From Minisyncoccota bacterium (GTDB taxonomy: Bacteria; Patescibacteriota; Minisyncoccia; Phycocordibacterales; UBA5272), in assembly GCA_046350775.1 (NCBI GenBank), contig JAXLZS010000001.1:287930-351929 (forward strand): DNA of 64,000 nt, in the 5' to 3' direction. How positions within the stretch are numbered: position 1 is the first letter of the stretch; every line of letters begins with the position of its first letter. Under the pieces are notes generated by a model. It saw only the letters and a list, made by a program, of their open reading frames with translations. It had not been told where the DNA came from and ran no database searches. The translations under genes and the position numbers were made by a program. This document shows positions 55,579 to 64,000 of this stretch, in pieces.

Positions 55579-57669
55579 TTATTTTAAAAGCTTATTAAAC
55601 TCTTCTTCATTTATAATTTTCACACCTAATTCTCTTGCTGTCTTTTCTTTACTAGAAATTTTTCCACCTTTTTCATCATTTTCTCCAAGCAATACATAGT
55701 CTGTTTTTTTGGATACAGAAGAAGCCACTTTTCCTCCTAAATTCTCGATAATATCCATAAAATCCTCCCTGGGGCGACTCAAGGCTCCAGTTATGACGAA
55801 AACCCTATTAGCCAATAAAGATTCTGACTTTTTAGTATTTTTTACGCTTGATGCAGGATTTTGAATATCAACTATTTTTAATATCTCTTTTAAAAATATC
55901 TTGTTTCTTTCACTTTCAAAATAATTCATAAGAGATTCTAGACTTTTTTCACCTATCCCCTCCACTCCAAATTCTTCTTTAAGATCTTTTAATTCTAATT
56001 TATTTCTTTTTTTAGAAATATCTAGAACTGCTTCTTGAAAACTTCTAAAGCTTCCAAATTTTTTAGCAATATCTTTCGCTGTCGTTTCTCCAACTTGGCG
56101 AATACCGAGTGCATAAATAAATTTATTTAGTGTAATATTCTTTGAAACATTTATTGCCCTGATCAAATTGTCAGCACTTTTTTCTCCAAATCCTTCCAAT
56201 CCTTCGATATCTTCTTTTTTTAATTTAAATATGTCCAGTACATTTCGCACGAGTCCTAGATCATAAAACTCATCTATTATCCTTTCTCCCATACCATCAA
56301 TATTAAAAGCTTTTTTTGAGACAAAATATGTAAAATATTCTCGATGTTTAGCTTCACATTCTTCATTTTTACAAAATAGACCAGTACTAAATCCAGACTT
56401 GTTTAATTTATTTTCTTCTCTCATCAATTTTGAATTACAGACCGGACAATTTGTTGGCATTAAAAATTTTTTAGAATTTTTAGGACGAAGCTCTTTTATT
56501 ACAGAGACTATTTCAGGTATCACATCCCCTGCTTTTCTGACTATCACAGTATCACCTACTCGCACATCGAGCCTCTCTATCTCTTCTACATTGTGTAGTG
56601 TGGCACGCTTCACTCTCGATCCATAAACCAAAACTTCTTCGAGCTCTGCGACAGGAGTAGCGACTCCAGTACGACCAATTTGGACAGTGATGCCTTTGAT
56701 TTTCGTAGAAACTTCTTCGGCTGGAAATTTGTATGCGATACCAGCACGAGGAGCTTTTGCTGTAAAACCAAGAGTGTCAGAGATTCCTTTTTCATTGATT
56801 TTTATGACGAGCCCATCTATGCCATATTCTTCATCTTCCCTTTTTTCCTTCCACTCCTCATACATTTTTTCTACTTCTTCTAAATTTTTACAAAGCTTAA
56901 AATGCTCATTTACTAAAAAATTATTTTCTTTTAAAAATTTTAATTCTTCTATTTGAGTTTTAAAAGTTCCACCTTCTATATCATAAGCAAAGACTTTTAA
57001 ATTTCTTTTTGCGACTATTTTTGTATCGAGCTGGCGAAGTGTACCTGCTGCGAGATTTCTTGTGTTTGCATATGTTGGTAAATTATTTTTTTCTTGTTCA
57101 AGATTTATTTTTGTAAGTTCATTTTTAGAAATGAAGGCTTCGCCCATCACTGTCACATTTATTTTTTCTTTAAGATTTAAAGGGATTGATTTTATTGTCC
57201 GGATATTTTCTGTTATATCTTCACCGATTTCTCCATCGCCTCGCGTTGCACCTCTTACAAGCTTTCCATCTTTATATGTGAGTACGACTTTTAATCCGTC
57301 TATTTTTAACTCAACGACATAATCAAACTTATGATTAAAATTATTTTTCTCTAAGATATTAATATTTCTTTCTTCCCAATCTTTTAATTCATCAAAATTA
57401 AAGACATTATCAAAGCTCCACTGTCTGACCTCGTGCTTTACTTTTTCAAAATGATCCAATACTATACCACCGACTTTTTTACTAGGACTATTTGGATCAT
57501 CAAATTCTGGATTTTCTTTTTCAAGAGATATTAGCTCTGAAATAAGAGAGTCATAAACAGTATCCCCTATTTCAGGATTATCAAGCACATGATAAAGATA
57601 CTGATGCTTTGCGACCAAAATCCTTAATTCTTCTATTCTTTTCTTGATAGCATCTTTATTATTTTTCAT
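55579..57669 (-). CDS. ligA: NAD-dependent DNA ligase
   Basis: Adenylation motif ELKIDGL (KxDG), a Cys4 zinc finger (CPVCNSKL...CKNEEC), HhH repeats and a C-terminal BRCT domain; 696 aa. Confidence 0.9.
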   Translation of the reverse strand: MKNNKDAIKKRIEELRILVAKHQYLYHVLDNPEIGDTVYDSLISELISLEKENPEFDDPNSPSKKVGGIVLDHFEKVKHEVRQWSFDNVFNFDELKDWEERNINILEKNNFNHKFDYVVELKIDGLKVVLTYKDGKLVRGATRGDGEIGEDITENIRTIKSIPLNLKEKINVTVMGEAFISKNELTKINLEQEKNNLPTYANTRNLAAGTLRQLDTKIVAKRNLKVFAYDIEGGTFKTQIEELKFLKENNFLVNEHFKLCKNLEEVEKMYEEWKEKREDEEYGIDGLVIKINEKGISDTLGFTAKAPRAGIAYKFPAEEVSTKIKGITVQIGRTGVATPVAELEEVLVYGSRVKRATLHNVEEIERLDVRVGDTVIVRKAGDVIPEIVSVIKELRPKNSKKFLMPTNCPVCNSKLMREENKLNKSGFSTGLFCKNEECEAKHREYFTYFVSKKAFNIDGMGERIIDEFYDLGLVRNVLDIFKLKKEDIEGLEGFGEKSADNLIRAINVSKNITLNKFIYALGIRQVGETTAKDIAKKFGSFRSFQEAVLDISKKRNKLELKDLKEEFGVEGIGEKSLESLMNYFESERNKIFLKEILKIVDIQNPASSVKNTKKSESLLANRVFVITGALSRPREDFMDIIENLGGKVASSVSKKTDYVLLGENDEKGGKISSKEKTARELGVKIINEEEFNKLLK

Positions 57670-57691
57670 TGTCTAATTATAGCAAAAATAG

Positions 57692-58447
57692 CTATTCATT
57701 AGAATATCTATAAATAGTCCTACTGACTCTCGAAGGATCAGTACTTTTACAGCTAGAATATCCTGTAGAAGATATAGAAAAATAAGCTGTGGTATCAGTA
57801 GCTGTAGATTTAGTCTTTGCAAATTCTACTAGAGCACATCTGTCTAATTGATCTCCTGTGTTTGGGTCGATTTGTCTAACTACAATTCCAAATGTGGTGG
57901 TAGCTTGTCCATTTTCACCTATTATATTATAAGAAGACTGTTTATTATTAAGTAGATCTTCCACAGATTGAGATGAAGGAGAGTATGTCTGAAATATTTT
58001 ATTATAAGTACCGTCACTTGAACAGTTAATATTGTAAATATTTTCTAAAGGAGTTTTAGAAAAATCAAAATTTGAAGGATTGTAAATAAAAACAGTACTT
58101 GTAGGAGCAAAGAAAATATTATTGGCAGCATTATCAACAAAATCCTGCTGTCCGGATTGAGATGAAGTGGAATTTAAAATCAAAGACACACCGACCGAGT
58201 CATCCTTGAAAACAGAGTCTAAATATTGTGCACATTCAAGACCAGCATCGGCAGCAAAGTATGCAGATTTACTATTTTCAAGAAGCTTTGAAAAATATAT
58301 TTCTTTGGTAATAATCCTAGAAACAGAAAAAGAAACTGTCAAAAGTATACCTACCACTATTAGAGCAAAAGCTAAAATATAACCCGACTCTAAATTGTTT
58401 TTATTATAATTTTTAAAAATTTTATTTAGCATATTTTTATCTCTCAT
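57692..58447 (-). CDS. pilus-associated minor component (PilX-like; N-terminal hydrophobic segment, no canonical G-F-T-L-I-E)
   Basis: N-terminal GYILAFALIVVGILLTVSF; it overlaps the upstream minor pilin gene by 11 bp. Confidence 0.45.
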   Translation of the reverse strand: MRDKNMLNKIFKNYNKNNLESGYILAFALIVVGILLTVSFSVSRIITKEIYFSKLLENSKSAYFAADAGLECAQYLDSVFKDDSVGVSLILNSTSSQSGQQDFVDNAANNIFFAPTSTVFIYNPSNFDFSKTPLENIYNINCSSDGTYNKIFQTYSPSSQSVEDLLNNKQSSYNIIGENGQATTTFGIVVRQIDPNTGDQLDRCALVEFAKTKSTATDTTAYFSISSTGYSSCKSTDPSRVSRTIYRYSNE

Positions 58448-59177
58448 AAATATAATCTACCACTGAAACAGATTTTTGTCCTGCAGCAAAGAGTCCATAA
58501 TTTGTATAAACTACATCTACTTGTATCATCAAAGTATTGTCTGAAATTTTTGTAATCTTAGTCTTTCTTTTAAAGACTGTAGACGAACCTTTAGAGCAAG
58601 AATATCCATAAATTTGATCAAATGATAAATTTACACAACTACTACCATAATCTATTATGTTTAAATTTTTTGGATTAGAAACAAAAGAGTCGTCGTCTAT
58701 AAAATACTCTTTAGGTGGTATGGTATTATCTGGAAAATTATTACCACTAGAAAAAGTAGAAGCTACAAACATCTTCCATGATATATTTCTGGGATTAGTA
58801 TTTGGAGTAGAAGATATGTCATTTGACCCTATAAAATTTGTAGGGACTTGCATACCAATATCACCTTCTTCTCCACAATAAGCATTGTTTATTGTTGTGA
58901 TGTTTGTAGTGTCATCTGTTGATGTATCTAAATAAATATTACTACAAGCTAAAGCAAAATCATCACGATAATTTTTAAAATTTTCCACTACCTCTTCGGC
59001 TAAATATGAAGCTATGACTCTATTTTTATTTTGTATAATAGTATTTATTGCATTCATCGCGAGAGTTAATGGACCAATCACAGCTATCAAAATAAGAGCA
59101 ATAGACACGAGGGCTTCGATCAAAGTAAATCCATCACCTGCTTTATTTTTTATATTTTTAAAAATGATTTTTAACAT
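58437..59177 (-). CDS. type IV minor pilin / pseudopilin-like protein
   Basis: Class III signal peptide and N-methylation motif G-FTLIEALVSIALI. Confidence 0.65.
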   Translation of the reverse strand: MLKIIFKNIKNKAGDGFTLIEALVSIALILIAVIGPLTLAMNAINTIIQNKNRVIASYLAEEVVENFKNYRDDFALACSNIYLDTSTDDTTNITTINNAYCGEEGDIGMQVPTNFIGSNDISSTPNTNPRNISWKMFVASTFSSGNNFPDNTIPPKEYFIDDDSFVSNPKNLNIIDYGSSCVNLSFDQIYGYSCSKGSSTVFKRKTKITKISDNTLMIQVDVVYTNYGLFAAGQKSVSVVDYIYER

Positions 59178-59183
59178 AAAATT

Positions 59184-59876
59184 TTAATTATCGAATATTC
59201 TTTGAGAGACTACCTGCTGAACTGTAAAAGTGGAAGTAGATACTGTACCATTTTGATTATTTCTATTTGTTGCAATTAGGCCAGATATTAAAATTTTTAC
59301 TTTTGGCTGTAGATTATCATCTGCTCCGGTACCGGATATTGCCAGATTAAAATCGTTTATAGAAAAACCAGAGCCTGTAATAGAAACATCCAATTTCTTT
59401 GTAAAACTATTTTTATCTTCATTTAATTCGTAATCGGCCTCATTTACAGAAAGATCAGATCTTTTTAAATAGTAAACCACTTTGGTCGTTGTAGAATTTG
59501 CAGGCGTAAATATTATAGCGTTGCATATACCGTTATTATTTGAAGATAAAGAATCTATATTTGCAATATAAGGACTCAAATAAAAATTTGTATAAGTGAA
59601 ATCTTGAGTCGTATCTGGATTGGCACACTTATAATTCGTACCAAATTTTATTTCACGAGACATATTGTTTAAAACTAAATTTACATTATCTACAGCTATT
59701 CTATTTTCTGAAATTCTCTTATAAGCTCTCTGTGCTGAAAGCAATACAGATATACCTCCTACTGCAATAATAGTAAATAATGTCGTAGCCACAAGGAGCT
59801 CAATAAGAGTAAATCCATCTAAATTTTGATTTTTTGAAAAAAGTTTCTTCATAGATTTTTTATTTACATGGACCAT
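59184..59876 (-). CDS. type IV minor pilin / pseudopilin-like protein
   Basis: Prepilin motif DGFTLIELLVATTLF. Confidence 0.65.
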   Translation of the reverse strand: MVHVNKKSMKKLFSKNQNLDGFTLIELLVATTLFTIIAVGGISVLLSAQRAYKRISENRIAVDNVNLVLNNMSREIKFGTNYKCANPDTTQDFTYTNFYLSPYIANIDSLSSNNNGICNAIIFTPANSTTTKVVYYLKRSDLSVNEADYELNEDKNSFTKKLDVSITGSGFSINDFNLAISGTGADDNLQPKVKILISGLIATNRNNQNGTVSTSTFTVQQVVSQRIFDN

Positions 59877-60498
59877 AAGAAGAAGATACTTGACCTACAT
59901 ATGATACGTCTATATGGCGGAGATTGTTGCTGCTGGACGGGGCAATCTCTATACATACTTGATTTATAGATTTAGTGGTGCCAGGGATTTCTGTAATATA
60001 CGTATCACCATTTTGATCATAAGTTGCAAAATTTACATATGGTTTCGGTTTTACAAAAAATAACACCATCTTTGTATCGATAGAATTATAACAATAATTA
60101 GTATCATTATTAAGACAAATGCGACTTATATGATTACCCCCATTGAAAATTAAATCATTTGTCGGCTTTTGAGCATTCATCACTTCATTTGAAGTAAAGT
60201 TGTTATCTTTTGTCTTATAAAATGTCTCAATTTTAGATGGATTAGACAAATCTATAAATACTCCATATCCGACAGTATCAAGTAGATTACCCCTTATAAA
60301 AGAAGAAGATCTGTTTTGCATATCTATTATAGTTATAGAAACATCTTCTGAATCCGTCAAAAGAGCATTACGAATCTTTGTCTCTTGATATCCAGAATTC
60401 ATAAATATTGTGCCAAGTATTGCAAGTAGAGCGAGGACAGCCATCATCTCTATAAGAGTAAAGCCCTTTTCTATATTTTTAATAGAGAATATTTTCAT
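59860..60498 (-). CDS. type IV minor pilin / pseudopilin-like protein
   Basis: Prepilin motif KGFTLIEMMAVLALLAIL. Confidence 0.65.
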   Translation of the reverse strand: MKIFSIKNIEKGFTLIEMMAVLALLAILGTIFMNSGYQETKIRNALLTDSEDVSITIIDMQNRSSSFIRGNLLDTVGYGVFIDLSNPSKIETFYKTKDNNFTSNEVMNAQKPTNDLIFNGGNHISRICLNNDTNYCYNSIDTKMVLFFVKPKPYVNFATYDQNGDTYITEIPGTTKSINQVCIEIAPSSSNNLRHIDVSYVGQVSSSYGPCK

Positions 60499-60547
60499 AT
60501 CAAATATATTTTAATTTTAACATGAAAATCAATAATATTATCGACAC

Positions 60548-61387
60548 TTATTGTAGAATTAGAGATAATCCTAATACGTCTATATGTAAAAATATTACCA
60601 AGATGACTGCTACTATTATAAAAGGAGCAAAAGGTATGGTTGATTTACGATTAAATTTATGAGGCATAAGATAGATCAATAAAAGAGATGTTATGGCCCC
60701 TATCCAGATAGATAAAAGAAAGACTGAAACACCAAAAATAAATCCTAGCAAATATCCAGCAGACAAAAACAACAGGACATCACCAAAACCTACAGCTTTA
60801 CCTTTTGAGAATAAATAAATAAATAAAAATGGCAAAGCTACTAATACTCCAGAAAATAAATCCAGCCAAAATAAAGTACTATGCATACTTCCATAGAAAA
60901 ATGATACATTATAAATCCTATAAACCTCAAAAGCTAAACCTATAACAAACAAAAGGATAGAAAAACCTAAAGGAACTATTTTATGTTTGAGATCATAAAG
61001 AAAAATTGAAAATAAGAGAATAAAAAGTAGAACATAAAATAAAGCAAAACTAATACCAATAGCCAAATTGTAATTTGGAGAATAAATATTAAAATAGCTA
61101 AATAGTAAAAGATTGTAAGTCAAAACACCAATAATCCCGGCAGATATTTCGACCCATAGATGCCTTGGTCCGATTTTAGTGTCACATTTTCTACATTTAC
61201 CTTTTAAAAACAGAAAAGATAACACAGGTATCATCTCATACCATGAGAGATTTTTAGAGCATGAATGACAGGTACTTCTACCAGAAATAAAAGATTTAAC
61301 ATAAAGACGATCGACTATAACATTCACAAAGCTGCCAACAGCCGCCCCAAAAAAGAATATTAAAATATTAAGAATAAAATAATTCAT
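60548..61387 (-). CDS. pilD: prepilin peptidase (A24 family)
   Basis: N-terminal zinc-binding CHSC...CRKC and about 8 TM helices with a conserved Asp-containing loop; 279 aa. Confidence 0.8.
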   Translation of the reverse strand: MNYFILNILIFFFGAAVGSFVNVIVDRLYVKSFISGRSTCHSCSKNLSWYEMIPVLSFLFLKGKCRKCDTKIGPRHLWVEISAGIIGVLTYNLLLFSYFNIYSPNYNLAIGISFALFYVLLFILLFSIFLYDLKHKIVPLGFSILLFVIGLAFEVYRIYNVSFFYGSMHSTLFWLDLFSGVLVALPFLFIYLFSKGKAVGFGDVLLFLSAGYLLGFIFGVSVFLLSIWIGAITSLLLIYLMPHKFNRKSTIPFAPFIIVAVILVIFLHIDVLGLSLILQ

Positions 61388-61398
61388 TATCTTATGAT

Positions 61399-62019
61399 CT
61401 AACTATTTGAAGATATATCAAATATACATTTTGTAGTATCTTGACAAGTAGAATCTGTCCAAGTAGGGACGTACTTAAATGTATACTCCCCTTCATCAGC
61501 AGAGCCAGACGCTGTATAATTTCCTACCAAACAATATTTTGAGGCATTAGAAGGAGTACCTGAAGTAGTATTAACACCAGAACAATTAGCTGAGCCAGAC
61601 AATGCTGGAGACAAAGTCTCCAAATGGGTCCATAAATGATATCCTATCACATGAGTCTCTCCAGAATTATCTGTATAATAATAAGTTGTATAATTATATT
61701 TATTAGGATCAGGATTTGTTGTTGCTGTTACATCGCAAGCAGAATTTTCTGTAATATTAGAGTTTTTAGGTATAGATCCATAATTAGATAATAGATCTAA
61801 ACAGTTTGGATATTCACCTTTATGATCATCAGCATATATAGAAAGAGATGTGGCTAAACTCTTTAATTCAGATATCTTTTGGGCATCACGACCCTTTTTT
61901 CTAGCTGTCTGAAATGGTGCATAGACTATAGCACCCAATATACCAATAATAGCTATCACCACTAGAAGCTCAATAAGGGTAAAACCTTTTGTGTAATTTG
62001 TAAGTTTAAATTTTTTCAT
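61399..62019 (-). CDS. pilA: type IV major pilin
   Basis: Prepilin leader MKKFKLTNYTKG-FTLIELLVVIAIIGILGAIV and a C-terminal Cys pair. Confidence 0.75.
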   Translation of the reverse strand: MKKFKLTNYTKGFTLIELLVVIAIIGILGAIVYAPFQTARKKGRDAQKISELKSLATSLSIYADDHKGEYPNCLDLLSNYGSIPKNSNITENSACDVTATTNPDPNKYNYTTYYYTDNSGETHVIGYHLWTHLETLSPALSGSANCSGVNTTSGTPSNASKYCLVGNYTASGSADEGEYTFKYVPTWTDSTCQDTTKCIFDISSNS

Positions 62020-62149
62020 AATTAATTATTAAATATTATTTTTAATATTCTTTTTTATTTCTTTGTAATCTTTTATAAGATATACATATATTATAACAGA
62101 CAAAAATATCTTATTTTTTTAATATTAGTTTTCTGTGGAAAAGAAAATT

Positions 62150-63373
62150 TTAGACATTTGTCACTACAGAATACATTGGTATCAATACGGCAGCCAAAAG
62201 TATTCCAACTCCCCCGGCTAAGAAAATGATAAGTGCCGGCTCAACAAGCGATAAGGCTGTATCTATAGCTGTAGATACTTCTCTTTTGTAATAACTAGAA
62301 AGACTTCTTAAAACATATCCTAATTTTCCAGTCTCTTCTCCAATTTTCGTCATCTGGACTAAAATGTTTGGCAATTCTTCTTCTTCATAAAAAGCCTGAG
62401 ACAATGCCTTCCCTCCTTTTACTTTTTTACTAACACGCACAAGCAAATCTCTATATACTACATTATCAACAACATCAGAAGTTATCTCAAGAGCTCTGAC
62501 TATAGGGACTCCAGAAGAAAGCATTGTATCAAGATTGTCAGTCACACGAGAAAGAAAGATTTTATTATAAAGAACTTTAAATATTGGGAGTTTTAATTTT
62601 ATATAATCAAGATTTGCTTTTCCTGATTGGGTCTGACTTAGGCTATATAGATAATAGCCGATGAAGCTGGCAAAAATTAAAAATAAAATACCATAATTCT
62701 TACCGAGATTTCCTACTCCTAATATCATTCTAGTCACCAAAGGAAGGCTCTGCCCTTCACTCAAAAGCATTTCTGCAAGCTGAGGAATCACAAATACTAT
62801 CATCACTACCATCACGGCAACAAAAGTCACAGAAACAAAAATTGGATAAATAGAAGCTTTTTTTATTTTTTGTGTAAGATCAAAATTTCTATCAAGATAA
62901 TCAGCAAGATAGTCAAAAGCTTCATTCAGTTTCCCAGATTCTTCTCCTGCCTTTATCATATTTGAATAAAATGATCCAAAAACTTTATCATATCTACTCA
63001 TAGCAGAAGATATTGAAGATCCAGACTGAACTTCATCAGCTATCAAATTTAAAATTCTTTTTAATTCTGGATTCTCTGTCTCTGTAGCAACTAGGCGAAA
63101 ACTGCGCAAAGCCGAAACTCCTGACTGAAAGAGTGTTGAGATCTGTCTTGAAAAGACTACAATGTCTTTTTCTTTTACAGATGGACCAAAAAATGGAATT
63201 TTAAAACCAGTTGTAGGTGAACCAAAAAGATTTTTCTCAACATATGGATCTAGGGAGACAATTATTAGCTGTCTATCTTGCAATGTAGCAATAGCGTCGT
63301 CTTCACTACTACCTTCAATTTTTCCCTCTAGACGAGACCCGTCTACTTTTATAGCTTTATATTTGAATAACAT
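62150..63373 (-). CDS. pilC: type IV pilus assembly platform protein PilC (GspF family)
   Basis: Two GspF-type repeats (FSRQISTLFQSGVSALRSF...), three TM helices, 407 aa. Confidence 0.85.
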   Translation of the reverse strand: MLFKYKAIKVDGSRLEGKIEGSSEDDAIATLQDRQLIIVSLDPYVEKNLFGSPTTGFKIPFFGPSVKEKDIVVFSRQISTLFQSGVSALRSFRLVATETENPELKRILNLIADEVQSGSSISSAMSRYDKVFGSFYSNMIKAGEESGKLNEAFDYLADYLDRNFDLTQKIKKASIYPIFVSVTFVAVMVVMIVFVIPQLAEMLLSEGQSLPLVTRMILGVGNLGKNYGILFLIFASFIGYYLYSLSQTQSGKANLDYIKLKLPIFKVLYNKIFLSRVTDNLDTMLSSGVPIVRALEITSDVVDNVVYRDLLVRVSKKVKGGKALSQAFYEEEELPNILVQMTKIGEETGKLGYVLRSLSSYYKREVSTAIDTALSLVEPALIIFLAGGVGILLAAVLIPMYSVVTNV

Positions 63374-63376
63374 ATT

Positions 63377-64000
63377 TTATATCATTTTTTCTAGAGCTCT
63401 AGGATTGCGAGAATTAGACATAGCTACATCTATAGAAATCTGACCAGATCGTACCAATTCTGATAAATGTCTATTAAAATCTATCATTCCCTGGTCTCTC
63501 CCTGTCTCTATGACAAGATCTATCTCATTTATTCTACCATCTCGAATAAGATTTCCAACCGCTACATTATTTAGTAATAATTCATAGGCTGGCACCATAC
63601 CTCCAGATACTGATGGTAAAAGCCTTTGAGAAAAGACTCCTAGTAATGACGAAGAAAGTTGCTGTCTTATCTGGCTTTGTTGCTCAGCAGGAAAAGAGTC
63701 TATGATTCTATTTATTGTCTGAGAAGCTGAATTCGTGTGGAGAGTAGATAGTACAAGATGACCAGTCTCAGCAGCAGTGACTGCTGCTGATATGGTGTCT
63801 ACGTCTCTCATTTCACCTATCATCATGACATCTACATCCTGTCTAAAAGCCTGCTTTAGAGCATTATGAAAAGACGCTGTATCCATTCCTATCTCTCTCT
63901 GATCAATAACAGATTTATCATTTTCAAAAACATATTCAATAGGATCTTCGATGGTTATAATATGTTTTCTATCTGTGCTATTTATCTCCTCTATCATACT
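63377..64000 (-). CDS. pilT: type IV pilus retraction/extension ATPase (PilT/PilB family), C-terminal part only; the gene continues beyond the window end
   Basis: IITIEDPIE (Asp box), MIGEMRD (Walker B), and the His box AAETGHLVLSTLHTNSA. Walker A must lie beyond position 64000. Confidence 0.8.
   Translation of the reverse strand, partial: SMIEEINSTDRKHIITIEDPIEYVFENDKSVIDQREIGMDTASFHNALKQAFRQDVDVMMIGEMRDVDTISAAVTAAETGHLVLSTLHTNSASQTINRIIDSFPAEQQSQIRQQLSSSLLGVFSQRLLPSVSGGMVPAYELLLNNVAVGNLIRDGRINEIDLVIETGRDQGMIDFNRHLSELVRSGQISIDVAMSNSRNPRALEKMI

Overview
This is an AT-rich (roughly 30% GC by eye), densely coding bacterial window. Gene content and architecture look like a small-genome, Patescibacteria/CPR-like organism: a short IF-2, TsaD with insertions, many secreted or surface proteins, a type IV pilus locus and orphan transporters. 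That taxonomic placement is inference only. Recognisable housekeeping genes are infB-rbfA, three tRNAs (Leu-UAG, Lys-CUU, Val-GAC), an ABC-F ATPase, an RRM RNA-binding protein, a nusB::nudix fusion followed by rnc, rpmF, dnaE, murF, secA, rlmH, tsaD, an Elp3-like radical-SAM/GNAT enzyme, secG, RNase J, a pseudouridine synthase, ddl, nrdA plus nrdB with an N-terminal ATP-cone, a short uvrC, gatC-gatA and ligA. A minus-strand type IV pilus cluster runs off the window end: pilT (partial), pilC, pilA, pilD and four minor pilin-like genes. I found no CRISPR array, rRNA or obvious transposase. Regions I could not explain are listed as findings: (1) a duplicated ~125-nt promoter-plus-structured-leader cassette in front of two unrelated small ORFs; (2) a membrane-anchored HEPN/DUF4145-like protein; (3) a 727-aa highly charged repeat protein with a Gly-rich amphipathic C-terminus; (4) a frameshifted DHH-like gene remnant; (5) an (AT)10 tract in a promoter region; and (6) several palindromic operator candidates.
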